A stretch of 64,000 nucleotides of DNA, from assembly GCA_965153285.1 (NCBI GenBank), contig OZ229110.1; one strand, written 5' to 3'. A program made the position numbers and the translations under genes. How positions within the stretch are numbered: the first letter of the stretch is position 1; every line of letters starts with the position of its first letter. Source of the stretch: Podarcis tiliguerta (lineage: Eukaryota). Of the stretch, positions 13,560-27,747 are shown piece after piece. Below the pieces are notes generated by a model. That model was not told the DNA's origin. It made no database searches and saw only the letters and a list, made by a program, of their open reading frames with translations.

Positions 13560-16136
13560 AAGAACTGTTTTCTAGCCACACCTGAAAGTCATTTGAATTT
13601 TTTTATGTCAATGTTAGTATTCAGTTCAAGCCACTGGTTCAAAAGTACTGGGATATTATGTATATTTTACATTATCAATCCATAGTGTATTTACTTATCC
13701 TTTTCCAAAGATCTGCTACCATTTCCCTCTTTGCTGCAGGAAACTACTTCAACTGAAGTGACTTCCTAAAACCAGTTAACCGCTTTCTTAGTAACGTAGG
13801 ATAAGGGATTTCTTGAAGTCCTGCTTCACTATAAAACGACAGGCCTTCTTTCCTGTTTTTTGTCATCTCTAACAAATTCTATTAAATCTATTAATTCCCT
13901 GTATAGAAATTCTGTTGACTCATATCACACTATGCATCACAAGCATTTGTATAATCCAAAAATGCAGTCATAAAATTTGTTGCATCAAATACTGAGACAT
14001 CGGCAATATCATTTCTAATTAACCTATATCAGTAACAGCTCACAAATACCCTGCCAGACAATCAGTAATAGCCAGACTATACTCAAAAGAGACAGCTCCT
14101 GTGTCAAGTGAATCCATGGTAGTGAATTCTCATCCATTCCACTATTCTTAGATTTCTACTGAACAGAAAAACCAACAGTTTTTCAGCTCACTAGAAGAGG
14201 GAACATAGTTCTTACCAACCAATTTACATCATTCTACACTGCATTGGCAGCTAACTACGAAGAAGCGGACAGAGATAACCTTCATTATGCTGGCCCAGCA
14301 ATATTCTCCTCCCTAAAGCTATACTCATCACTTGCCTGCTTGAAAAGTAGAAGAACAGAGAGAGGACACATAGAACAGCAGCACACACTCAATCTAAGTC
14401 CTCTGTGAATGCAACTTGATGTCTACCACCTCCTCCTCCTACAGCTCCACTGACAGACAAACAGGAACAGCCCATTGGGGCTGTGAAATGACACCACCAC
14501 TACAAAATGCCAGATTTGCTTCTTAAGCTGCCAGTTGCCTAATCCTGTCTTAGACAATATGTTAATTTCCTGGCTGCACTGGCTTAGTGCTTAGTGCTAA
14601 GAACTGGAGGTGGAAAAACTTAAAAATGCACAGCTGTACCATTTGCAACTCGAGTAAGGATTGTTTTCTTCAGGTTCTGCAAAACTATATATTCAAACTA
14701 TATATTCACCCAAGAGGAAAAGCAAGCAGGCTGTAGAAAATAATTCAATTTTATTGAACCTCAACCTGTTGTACCATCCGTGTTTCTCTCAAGCAACTCA
14801 AATTACTATTTCCCCTCTGCGCTTAGTTACAGACACAGAGCTTTCCCCACTAATATTTCCCATGGTTTGACAGTAGAGTAAAAGAGCAACTCTCTTATTA
14901 TTTTGGACAGAGACATGCCAAATATAAAACATGAAGTGGCAATATTTGGCAGCTTTATAATACTACAAGATGGGCAATGGTCCAAATTCCCAGGATGCTT
15001 TAAATGCTGCAGTCTGCCTTGAAAATATTTCCCCTGGCTAAGCACCATTTTTAATTAAGCCATCCAGCTGTGCACATTGCTAGTAGGTGGATCAGTGAGC
15101 ACAGATGACTCAACAATTCCTATTGCAGAAAGTCAGAATTAGATGTTCCACAATCTAACTCTGTAAGCACGAAGAAGGAATGAAAATACATATGAAGCGG
15201 GTTTTGGTTTGGGCCAAACTATATCCAAGTGCTTATCAGGTCTCTAATACTAAAACCAATTTCCCACCAAGAAACAACTCAAACAGGTGTTTGCTCCAAC
15301 TTGAAAGGGCATAAAATTCTGCCCGAGTCCTTGACCTAGTCATAGAGAAAAACAGTTGAAACAGCAGTAGAGAATGTAGGTATTTCAAAGGAGAAACTCA
15401 CAGGTCAGAATTTCAGCTTGTTTAGAACAGTTTCTATAGATAAACTAGGAAGAGAAAGCTAGCCAGTGGTTTTGCAGCACGAAACAAGCACTGCCAATGT
15501 TTCACTTTTTATCATTGCTACAGAGACTGGTTTTCCAGCAAACAGTTTTTCGGAGTTCTGGAGAATTGTACAGGAAAAAAGAACAAATACTCAGATTTCA
15601 ATTTCATAAAAGCCTGCATATTAGGTACTGAAAAAAGACTAGTGTAAAATAAAATGTGATGAATGCATGGGACTCTAAAAACTAGAAGGGAAGAAATATA
15701 TTAGAACACCCATAGATTACTATTGCTATGGAATGGCATGCCTAGGTTTTTATAATTTATCAAATTTATTATATGACTACGGCAGGTGATTCTGTAGCAA
15801 TGTGCAATTTAGAACAAAAACCCTGCATACGTATGTATTAATTCATCTTTCCATTTCCAGGGTGGCATAAAAAGGTAAACACAAACTCAGAATTAAAGAG
15901 ATACATAAAACACAACACCACACCATACTATCATCTCTGGTTCCCACTTCCTTGAATACACCACAAAAGGAAAATCGGGTCTTTATTCAAACAAGTGAAC
16001 TTCCAGAGGGGTCACAGTGTTAGCCTCTCACAGCAAGAGCAACAAGAGTATTATGTGGCACTTTTAAGGCACACAAGACTGTTTTATGAATGGAAAAGAT
16101 AACCAAAGCAGATTACCAGGCATGAGATCCCTAGTA

Positions 16137-16653
16137 CAGTGGTACCCCGCAAGATGAATGCCTCGGAAGACGAAAAACTCGCTAGACGAAAGGGTTTTTC
16201 GTTTTCTGAGGTGCTGCGCAAGACGGATTTTCCTAAGGGCTTGCTTCGCTAGACGAAACGGCCCTGCCTCTCGTGTCATGGCGACGGTCACTGCACGCAC
16301 GCTCGCTTCCCCGCTCCTCCGGCTCCCTCCCACCTTCTGGCTGACGGCTCCTCCGGCTCCCTCCAACTGACGGCCGACCTTCCGGCTGCCTCGCGCCGCT
16401 GCCCTCCCCTCAGAGAGCCGTTGCCGCCAGCAGCCAGCGTTGCAGCCAGAGTCGCGCTCCTGAGCCCCACCACCCTCCAGCAGCCGCGTCGCGCGGTGGC
16501 CACAACGCGCAGGTGAGTCTGAGGTACCGGCTGCGGCAGCTGTCCTGCTTCTCCCCCCCCCCCCCCGCCGTTGTTAGTGTTTAAATGCAGTGGTGCTTCG
16601 CAAGACGAAAAAACTCGCACAACGAATTAATTTTGTCTTGCGAGGCACCACTG
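16137..16653. mobile_element. Tigger-like MITE, family B, carrying GC-rich cargo
   Basis: TIRs CAGTGGTACCCCGCAAGA...TCTTGCGAGGCACCACTG, TA TSD. Arms match 47375-47721 but the interior is unrelated. Confidence 0.85.
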
Positions 16654-17572
16654 TACTCCTCTAATTCTTTCTTAACCCAGGCAACTAGTCAACATGGTAA
16701 ATGGTGTCATCCTTTTAAAGACAAAGTGGGCTTCTGTAGTCATACAGTAGCTGCATCTACATGCAATGCCAAAAGCAGAGTTTAGTGTCCTGTGGATGAA
16801 CTGCTATGAGCACAACCTAAGTATAGAGATTGTATACATTATACTCCTGACACTCTCTCTCACGTGTTCGGAAGACTAGGCTTTGTATGAGTTTAGTTTC
16901 ATTTGTTATGCTTGAACCAGGGATCCTAGTTTAGAATGAACTCTGGCAAATTTAACATGGCAGCTTCATAAACCATGGTTTGAAGTTACTAGAGTTGGTT
17001 TTTGAAATAAAACCAGGCTGGATCAAGCCAAAGTTTCTTCTAGTCCGGCACTTTGTGCAACAGAGCTCTCCCTACCCACAACTGGTATTCAGAGGTATAC
17101 TGCTTCAGACAATCACAAGCCAAGCTTCAGTAGAAGTGAAACAAAAACTGCCAAACTTCTCCTCCCAAATGTATGGGAGGAGTGCTCAGAATAGCCAGTA
17201 TATTAATGAACCTTTAGAAATTAGCCAGATTAGTTAGCTACCCAGCTGAGTTAGATAAATGTAGCTATTTCAATGCTCAGTTTCCGACTACCTTATTGCT
17301 GTGCTATTTACTGATTTTTAAAAATAAACTTTCAAGGTTTATACTTCAATATCTTGAAGAAGTCAAAGTGCTCTTGAAAACGCTATTTCATTTAAGGCCC
17401 AAGTATCCCATTAATGCTTTTGTATTACCCATACAATGAAATGAATGCCTTGGAGCTTCTGCTAATGGAAACATTTTTCATCGCAGGTAAGAACTTTCTT
17501 AGTCATGCATAGCAGAATCTAAATCTTTTAGGTTTCCCCAGAGCTTGATTATTTATTAGAATTCTAGAACTA

Positions 17573-17755
<183 letters not shown>

Positions 17756-18139
17756 TTAAAATTTGTTTTTCAAAGCACAAGTACTGGAGGATCCTTTGAA
17801 AGTTATTCTGTTCTCTACTCTACTGCAGATACCTGCTGTACTTCCACAATTACTTCCACAAGCACTTTAACAGTTAGTGCTGTGTAATACGCAGTGTTGT
17901 GAAATAAATTCCCACTACTATTGCCATTAGTGTAGGTTTCCCCATCCACATTCCAAATTGCAGTAAAACTGTAGGTCTCTGAAGAGATTCCCTGCCTTTG
18001 CAGAACAGAGGCTCAGTATATGTTCCCTCTTGTTCTCCCCAAAGTGGCAGGTCAGAGGACTGTGAGTGTGCACGATGTTTATGCTGTCAGAAAGAATTAC
18101 TTGCTGCATAGAGCAAAAACTAGCCCTCAGCTAGTGTAA

Positions 18140-18950
18140 GAACAGCCCTGCTGGATGAGACCAAAGGCTCATCTAGTCCAGCATTCTGTTCTTACAGTGG
18201 CCAACCAGATCGCCTGTGGGAAGCCTGCAAGCAGGACCTGTGTACAACGGTGCTCTTCCCATGAGTTATTCCCGACAACTGAGCAAGCATTCAGAGGCAT
18301 AGCGGCTCTAAAACTGGAGATAGAACACAGCCATCAGTAGGCATGAATTTGTCTAATCCTCTTTTAAAGCCATTGGGCAACCACTGCCTCTTGTGGAAGC
18401 AAATTCCATAGTTTAACTACACACTGAATATTCAGATAATCAGCATCAATGAATGTCCCAGAGTTCTAGGATCATGGGAGAGAAAGAAAAAGTTATCCCT
18501 ATCTACTTTTTCTATGCCAGGCATCATCTTAAATCCCTCTGATCACGTCTCCTGCATTCCCCTCCCCAAGCATTTTTTCTTTAAACGAAAGAGCCCCGAA
18601 TGTTGTAGGGCAGTTATTCAAACCTCTTCTTGATCATTTTGGTTGCCCTTTTCTAAACCCTTTCCAGCTCTACAGTACTCACTCGGTGCAGCAATAAAAC
18701 TGCTTGCACATTGGCAAAGCTAAGCAGGGGTTGGTATGGTATTATATTGGATGGGAGACAGCATGTTGAGATTCCTGCCTTGCAGGGAGTTGGACTAGAC
18801 GACCCCCAAGATCCCTGCCAACTCTGTTATTCTATGATTTTCAGGTGCGGTGATCAGAACTTATTTCTACCATAGGTTTGTGTAATGGCATTGGTCTTGG
18901 CTATTTTATTTTCAATCCCTAATGATTGAATTTCCTAATGATCCAGATCT
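18140..18950 (-). mobile_element. Degenerate CR1-type LINE 3' fragment(s)
   Basis: Recognisable CR1 3'-end phrases (CATCTAGTCCAGC, AAATTCCATAGTTTAACT, TCATTTTGGTTGCCCTTTTCT). Boundaries approximate. Confidence 0.6.
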
Positions 18951-21900
18951 ACATCTTCATGAAGCTATCCTCTACATTTCCAAGGTCTCATTCCTGGTCA
19001 GTCACCATCAGTTCATACTATGTAGGCATAGTATATGCAAAATTAGGATTTTTGACCAAATGTGCTTCACTTTATCCAACCCAGCAAGAATGTACACAAG
19101 TGCAAATTATCTTTAATTGGTTAAATGACTGAGGTTTTATGGCTACTGCATTGAGAGATCTTTTGTTGCTCATTTGTTTTCGTTTTTTTAAAATTGATTT
19201 TGACTTTTATTGTTATAATCTATGGCAGGAGTAATGAACCGCCATCTCTCCCACAACATATATTTTTGGCCTCTCAGATCACCTACTGATCTTCTTTACC
19301 CACTAGCCTAAAACCACTACTGGCTGCAACACAATGTTTTTATGCTGTCAGGTGCTGTATGAAAAGGTGAGTCAAACTACAGCTATTCTGGTTTTCAATA
19401 AACATTGTGTTCTCTCGCTGGCATTTGGTCCTGCAAGTTTTACTTCTCATGAAATATCACATCCTTGCATCTCACTAACAAACTATCCCTCATATTGAAT
19501 CAAGTCATTTATTACTAATCTCTGAATGCATTGCTCTATGTGTGGTGCTCATCTCTGGTATAATTTAGAATGTAATTTCACAGGCTGCTGCCTCACCTGT
19601 AGGGGTGCCATCTGGAAAGAGAATTATACCTGACATTTTCTCCTATGATACTCAGGCACTCTCCTGCTTCTACACTGACAAGCTTCAGGATTTTTAAAAA
19701 AATAAAAACCTCGCATTAGCACCTTCAAAATTAATTACAGCAAAGGGTTCTGTACTGAACAGATATGTGAGCAGAATATTAATGACTTAGGTGAGCAGCA
19801 AAACCATGGCATGCAATTGACATGTTCACTCTGGGTGATATTCAACTCATTCCTATTCCAGTAGAGCCAATGAAATCTATGGATGTAAGTTATGAAGTAT
19901 GACTTAGCAGAATATCATCCAATCAGATGAACTAAAAGGAGGAAATCATTTTCTCTTTATAGAAGCACACTATTGTAAGCAATAAAAAGGATTGTTTGAG
20001 GTGTATTCCTGTAGTTATAAATTGTTCTACATCAAGAAGCAGGAAAATTTAAATCAAATTAGACTGTCCTGGCTGGTGGAAAAAAAGGTTACTGTGCCCA
20101 ATTTGACTTTTAAATAGAATTGGGAGGGGGTCTTTTTGTCAAGGAAGGAAAGCCTCTTGCTTCAAATGAAAGCTCGTGTCATAAAAGACACAATAGGCAA
20201 AATTGAAGTAGGCTATAACAATTTACAAGAAATCACATCTCTCAAAAGAAACTGGTTACACCCGACATTATCAGAAGCTGAAATATATTGAAGGTCATCA
20301 TTTTAACACTGTCTTTTTAAGAAATCCACATCCCAAGGACTGTTTAATTCAAATCAGTTTCAATTAGTTTTAACCTACTCCTCCTGCTTATCTGTTCTGA
20401 GTTCAGGGATGGGGAACCCATGGCCCTCTAGACAGTTACTGGAAACCAACTCCCTTAATTCCTGACCACTGATATACTGGGTTGGGACTGATGGGAGTTG
20501 AAGTCCAACAACTTTAGGTTCCCCACCTCCATCCTAGTTGAAACAATGCTGCAGTGATAACAAAAGCCACAAGAGAAACATATGCCACTCTTAAAGCAAA
20601 GCTGGTCCTCCTGCGCCCATCCAGATGATGTTGAACTAATTCCCATCTCCCCTGGCTATTAGCTGAAGGGCTAGGTTAGTCATCTCCATCTTAAAAGACA
20701 GCAACTGCCTCAAAGGCCACATACACCCTGAGGAAACAAGGATGCAGTTGGTGGCTATTTGGACCTCCAGGACCAGAAGAATCAAGTTTTTGAATGCTTG
20801 GTTGCTGGGAGTAACAGTGGTAGAGCCCTATTTGCCCTTCTCCTTGAGGGCTTCCCACTGGCATGTGTTTGGACATTGTGGGGAATAGGATGCTGGGTAG
20901 CTATCATTTCATCTGATCCAGCAGGTCTTTGGTTATGTTCATATGTCTTGTACAGTAGTTCTCGTTGTCAGGCTGGACTGAAGGTGTACCAAGAGGATGG
21001 AGAAGTGCCACTGCCCATCCCTGTTGCTGCCTGGCACTGCCTACCCCTTTGCCATTGGAAAACCTGCTTGAGGAGGTCTACCTCAAATATGACAACAGTC
21101 CTGGACACTGCCAACTCTATGTCCTCCTGAGAGATGCATCAAACATAGGTGCAAACTGTCCTAGATTCTAAAACATGCTTCCAAAGGTAAAGTCTCCCCT
21201 TTCAAGACTAGCATGATAATTTGGGGGGGGGGATCAGCCCATAACCCTAAGGCATTCTGCTTGTTCTGCTATCTGCACTCATTATTTCCAGTAGGAACAT
21301 TTAAGGAATCTAGACATGGGGTGAAATGTGAAGCCTGTGCTGAAAAGCTTCCTCCCAGGTGTACATACACATGGAATCATCTCCCTCAACTGATAAAATG
21401 AATGTTCTGAAAAACTAGCACCAGCATATTGCACAGCCGTTCTCATTTCAGTTAACTACTGAATGTAGAATTACCCTAATTACTGTAAAACAGCATTACC
21501 TCTTAAAATTCTGTACCTCGAGGGAACAGGAGCACAATTCTGACTGCATACAAAGCAGCCTTGTTCACAAAGCCTGCTCACCTAAGATATATAGTCCACT
21601 GCTCCTGCAATATGAATGATACCCAAGACACATTTCTTAGCTTCCAACTAGCACAAAAATATATGCATTGTGTGTAAACACTGACACATGCTTCTAAGTG
21701 CTTCTAAATGCCATTCTAGTGCATGAGTAAAGCTTTTGAAACTATTACTACAATATTAGCCCCAATTATTTCATATCTGTCTTCCTAACAGTATTGTTGC
21801 AGTGTATTCTAAAAGCAGCAGATTTTTAACATTATTGTTCATTTGCTAACATGACTGCTTAACAGTACAATACTCTGCATGTAAAAAGTCCTATTTCCAA

Positions 21901-23702
21901 CAGGACTAATTCCCAAATAATTGTAGAAAGGATTTCATCCAAAAAAGTTCATGTTGTATAGATTCTCACACACAGTACAAGCAACTTAGGATATTTAAAG
22001 TACCTCTGTTAGCACCAAGATAGACAGAAAAACTATACCATAGTTTAGTGCTATGCAAATCTTTCTTCCTTTCAAGGTTCCTGCACTCTTGCTAGTACAG
22101 TTCAGAAAAGTTCAGATTTTGCTTAGCTATGGCTTGTTGCTTCCTTCAAAATAAAGTTCAAAACCAACTGTGGTCAATTTCTGAAGAAGCCTGCTTCAAA
22201 CTATGGGTTATGAGACCAATCACAGTGTTAAACAATGTTTTCTGGTTTGGAGGTAACAGGCTGTACTTAGCTAAAAGTAATAGCAAAAGCTTCCAAACTT
22301 CTCCTCTCGGCCATGAGGGTAGAGAGTGTGCATGAACTAGAGAGGAGGATAGCACTAAACCAACATTTAGCAGTACATCTGAACACAATCACTGAGATCT
22401 CACCAGCAAACAAAGGATGTATATTCAAGTACAAGTGTGCAACGGGAGTATTTAAGTAAAACAGAAGAGCTAGAATAGCACAGAAGTGAAACAGTTAATA
22501 ATCAAATACATAAGCAGGTGTCTATTCCAGTCTAATGTTGTTACAACACAGAATCTTATGTTCAAAAAGCAGCATTATTCCCTAAATTTCTGCAGGAAAC
22601 CTCTACTGGAGTATATCAACACAGTTTCTTCAAAAGATGTTAGGTTTTAAAGTAGGTCACGTACGTTTTTATTAGACTTCCATAAATTATGTATGATATG
22701 AAAAATGGAATCAGCCTACAATATTTATCATCACAGGGCTGCTAGCCATCCAAGAAACATAAATACATTTGCTGGCAAGTGACTATTCATTCATTCACTT
22801 TTAAGTTTGAAGAAGGAAGCAAGTAGATCTTCTCCACACACCCCCACAAAAAAATACTTCTGACCTTTTCATTATGATGCACCACTTCATTCCACTGTTT
22901 TGAAGGAACATTTTCCTCAAATAAATGGATCAGAACATTGCCTGCTACCACAAGGCTCTCTATTTTCCCAAGGATATTTGGCTTTATGCAAGTCTCAAAT
23001 GTCCATGCTGCAATACCATTAGAGAAGCTGATCTGATGCCCAAATATATGCATAAAAATAGCAGGACTTCTTTTCTAACACTCACCAGCTATTTCTATTT
23101 CTGAGAAGTTTTTCCAGATGTATATGCCATCACAATTATAATTATCTGGCTGTTCAAACAATAAAGTTATATGGAATAACTATGATGCAATTTGGTATCC
23201 AACCCACCCCAATCACAGCGCTTCTGTCCTGGTTTCTAGTATTCCTTTTATACCGCATTACCCATTGTGTTATGGAAATGCGGCATTTTGAAAGATACAC
23301 TATCATGTCATGTTAATAGAAAGCTCTAGAACATGAATTTGTGTGTGGGTCCACAAAGCCACACTTCCTGGATTGTTTACACACACAAAAATCACACATA
23401 ATTTGCATCAGTTTCTCAGGCTAATTTGTATAAGTAGAAGCTGAACACATATGAACAGACAATTAAAATATTGGCTGTTCATTACGAACATAAGACTATT
23501 TTGCTGGATGAAGCCAGTGGCTTATCTGGTCCAGCATCCTATTTTCACAGTGGCCAGGCAGAAGAGTACTCTTGCCTCCTGGCATTCAGAAGCATTACTG
23601 CCTCCACAGTAATGCCCTCCCCTTGGCATACCCACACATAATGCCGAAACATCTGACAATATATATAATTTAAACACACAGTGACAAAGTTCACTGAAAT
23701 CA

Positions 23703-23873
<171 letters not shown>

Positions 23874-25507
23874 TTACACACCTTCTGGTCAAGATTCACA
23901 AGTGCTCCAACAATAGCATTACCCTAACATACCCACAAAAGAACGATAAGGGGGGAAAACGGCAGTGATGATGCTCAGGAATTTAGCAATGGACTTTTTA
24001 CCACGTGAGATATCAAAATGATTTATTTTACACATAGCCAATGACATAGGGCATCGCAGAAGTGAACAATGATACAGCACCTAGGGGGACTGTACATGCA
24101 GAACAATGAGCCCAGTCTCTGCCCTCCATGTAAATTAAAGTACATTCATGGTGGCACTCAAAGCACTTTGGCCTCTGGTGACTGATTACTGATCAATGGG
24201 GATTGACCAACCTTCACTGCCAATCACTTCTCAGCTTAGGCAGACATTCCAGGAAATCCTCAGTTTGAACAAGAAAATCATGGCCAACAGCCCTGGAACA
24301 AGCCAGGATATGAAAACAATTTAACAATGGCTTCATATCGTGGCTTGCTTTGAAGCCATTAACCATAGTTTCCCAGTATGGATTGAATACTTCTGGGCTT
24401 GTTCACTCATGAACACAATAGGGAAAATGTGGTGATTCAATGGGAGCATGGAAGGTGCACTCATATATCTCAACTTAAGCCAAGATAAGATCGTCTGAAT
24501 GCATACTATGTATTCAAAATGGGTGGCTGTGACAGCTACTCTGAAAGTCTGTAACAAGACTCTTACAAATTGTTTTAATGTGAATTAGAGACAAATGAAA
24601 CAATTTTACGATCAGCAGATGTAACCTTAGAGCAACTGTTCACTGGGTACTCCTAGAAATCATTCATCACTGTCATAAGATTAGTTCTTTTAATCCCACT
24701 TTTGCCCCTACCATGGCATGCAAATCAAACAACTCCAAAACTGTTGCGCTGACAGGTATTTCCATAATTATCTCAGATACAAAGTGTAGCAAGGTCTTCC
24801 TGTACTCCGTAATGAAGGAATAAAAAATTAGTCCAAATGGCAGTTTCTTAATGCAACAGCTGCCTGCAGCACTTCAGAAAAAGGATAAGCCTAGATAACT
24901 GCTCTTTGTAGAAACTGCAGTTCCATGATAGAGGTATTGCACACATCATGTAACGTGCTCAAACCCGCCAATTTGAGCAGGATCTGAAAAAATTAATTGC
25001 CTTAACTGCAATAGTAGTACTTTCTACATCTTGCACCTTAAGAGCTAGAAATACACCCAATCAGATGTCCATATATGAGCTTATTTGCCAAGGTCTTTAG
25101 ATTATCCCAAAGTGGGTATAGAATACAAGCAATATAAAAAACAGGGTTGAAATCTAATTTCAATGTTGTGAAAGGCAGCTGTTTTGCCGCTTTAGGTGCA
25201 AATGTTGTTTCCCTTTCCCCATTAACAGTGAGTGCTAGAGGCTCCTAAACATTGGGCCATGTCCCTGGATCCAATAATTTGCTGCCCTTGACCTAGTGGT
25301 GAATTTAAATAAAGGCTTTGCTGACAGTACAGAAAGTGAACTATGCAACAACATCCCTTGCCAGTAAGCCAGGCAATGTACAGGGGACAATTAGCGTTAC
25401 TTAAAAATATAAAGTGCCACTCTTAAATGCAGATGGGCACCCAAAAATGGGTGCGTACATAGTGAATAATATTAACGCAGGGAATTCAAGTTTCTAAAAT
25501 TCTCCTA

Positions 25508-25630
<123 letters not shown>

Positions 25631-25789
25631 CTAACAGAAAAAAGAATGAAAGAATTAGTGTGGCGATACTTGGTGATGCTACAAAGCCATTATAATGGAG
25701 CCACAAAACCTATTTGTGAAAGTTTGCAAGTTTTCAATAAAAGGTAAGTAAGAAACACAATGGATTAAATTCTCAGGAAGCAAAAAATA

Positions 25790-25988
25790 CAGCCATACCT
25801 TGGGTTACAGACACTCCAGGTTGTGCGTTTTTGGGTTGCGCACTGCGCCGAACCCGGAAGTACCAGAATGGGTTACTTGGCTATTTGCACATGCGCAAAG
25901 TGCTGAATCACAAGCCGCGCAGACGCAGCGTTGCAGGTTGCAAACATGCCTCCTGCATGGATCACGTTCACAACCCGAGCGTCCACTG
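25790..25988. mobile_element. Tigger-like MITE
   Basis: TA-flanked, imperfect TIRs CAGCCATACCTTGGGTT...AACCCGAGCGTCCACTG. CpG-rich interior. Confidence 0.7.
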
Positions 25989-25990
25989 TA

Positions 25991-26238
25991 CCAGTGTGGT
26001 GTAGTGGTTAAGAGTGGTGGACTCCTAATCTGGGGAACTGGGTTCGCGTCTCCGCTCCTCCATATGCAGCTGCTGGGTGACCTTGGGCCAGTCACACTTC
26101 TTTGAAGTCTCTCAGCCCCACTCACCTCACAGAGTGTTTGTTGTGGGGGAGGAAGGGAAAGGAGAATGTTAGCCGCTTTGAGACTCCTTAAAGGGAGTGA
26201 AAGGCGGGATATCAAATCCAAACTCTTCTTCTTCTTCT
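25991..26238 (+). mobile_element. tRNA-derived squamate SINE (Squam3-like) with (CTT)n tail
   Basis: A box TGGTGTAGTGG, B-box-like GGTTCGCGTCT, body with GGGTGACCTTGGGCCAGTCAC, tail TCTTCTTCTTCTTC. CTGTAC on both flanks is a candidate TSD. Confidence 0.8.
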
Positions 26239-27521
26239 GTACACCTCATAGCAGACTTAGAGAACCTGTACTCCTCCAAGTGGACTCCCAACTCCCACCA
26301 GCCCCAACCAGCATGGACAGCAGTCAGGGATTATGGGAATTTTAGTCTAGCAACATTCAGACATCTACAGGTTCTTGACTTCCTGCCACACAGGTCGTAT
26401 GCAGCTATTGAAACAATTTTTGCAGAGTGTCGCAAGCTATACTGACAAATCTGAACAACTTGGCATTAAACAATATTCAAAAAAACCACATCTCAATGTC
26501 CCACAGGTTGAACCCACACAACCCCCAGGCAAATAATGTACTTATGGTGCCTCTGAAATCTCGTTGCGATCCCAAAACATTCAAAATCAGCAATACCAAC
26601 ACCACAGTGCAGCTAGGTAAGAATGTTACTTGTCCAACATACTGGGACAGTATAATAAAGCATATCATTCCTATGATAAATTCAAGCTATCTATGTAGAA
26701 TATGTGGTCCAATACTGAGTTAACATGACTGTGTATCATACATATGTATGTGCATGTCCACACACAGGCCTAAATTCAACTAACCTGGCACATTAGGAGA
26801 AACCAGTGTAAGAGCTCCTGCTAGTGCAATGGGGTTTACTCCCTCCCATGTGCCTCCCCCAAATATGCTCTGGAGAGCCAGAAGAACCCCCAGAATAAAA
26901 TGTAGGAGAGGGAGGATTGTTCTGCCTGGCAAAGGAGAAATGCCTGCGCTGATGAAACGATCAGAAGAGTGCAACACTGAATTCCTCCCACAGAACACCC
27001 ACCTATATTCATTTGAAAACAAGTTGAGCTGGCGAGCATGGGGGGGGGGGAATACAAGACAGATTCCCAGATAACTGGACACACAAGTGTTCAGCCACCA
27101 GATAATTATTCAGACTGCCAACATCTGATGGAGGGCTCTGACTGTATTCCAGTGGTGCCATTTACAGGTCTGTAATTAAAGGCCTGTCAGCTCTTTTTCA
27201 TTATAGACCCTTCAGTGATTTTTCACCAGAGAGATTTCCAAGGTGAATAGCAAACGCTATGATGAGGTGTTTTGTTTTTGTTTTTTTAAATAATCACAAA
27301 AAATCAGAGAGGAAGATCATTTGGGTTAGGCATAAAGCAGCCGTTTGCTTACAGCAGTGAGCTTCCAAGTGTAGATTAAAGATCTGAAGAAGTACCTAGA
27401 TATTTAGGTTAGGTATTATGACCGCAGCACTCTTAACTGTCTGGTTAATTTACCTTCCTTATATACTGCTTTGTTCTTTACACACTCCATTATAAATATA
27501 AATACAACATGTATCAATATA

Positions 27522-27747
27522 CAGTGGTACCCCGGGTTACATACGCTTCAGGTTACAGACTCCACTAACCCAGAAATAGTACCTTGGGTTAAGAACTTTG
27601 CTTCAGGATGAGAACAGAAATCGTGCTCTGGCGGCACGGCAGCAGCGGGAGGCCCCATTGGATAAAGTGGTGCTTCAGTTTAAGAACAGTTTCAGGTTAA
27701 GAATGGACGTCTGGAACGAATAAAGTTCTTAACCTGAGGTACCACTG
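27522..27747. mobile_element. Tigger-like MITE, family A
   Basis: CAGTGGTACC...GGTACCACTG, TA TSD. Confidence 0.85.

Noticed and set aside
27255-27390. Box C-like ATGATGA with downstream CTGA (possible snoRNA)
   Set aside because: Antisense to the host transcript, no terminal stem and no recognisable guide sequence.
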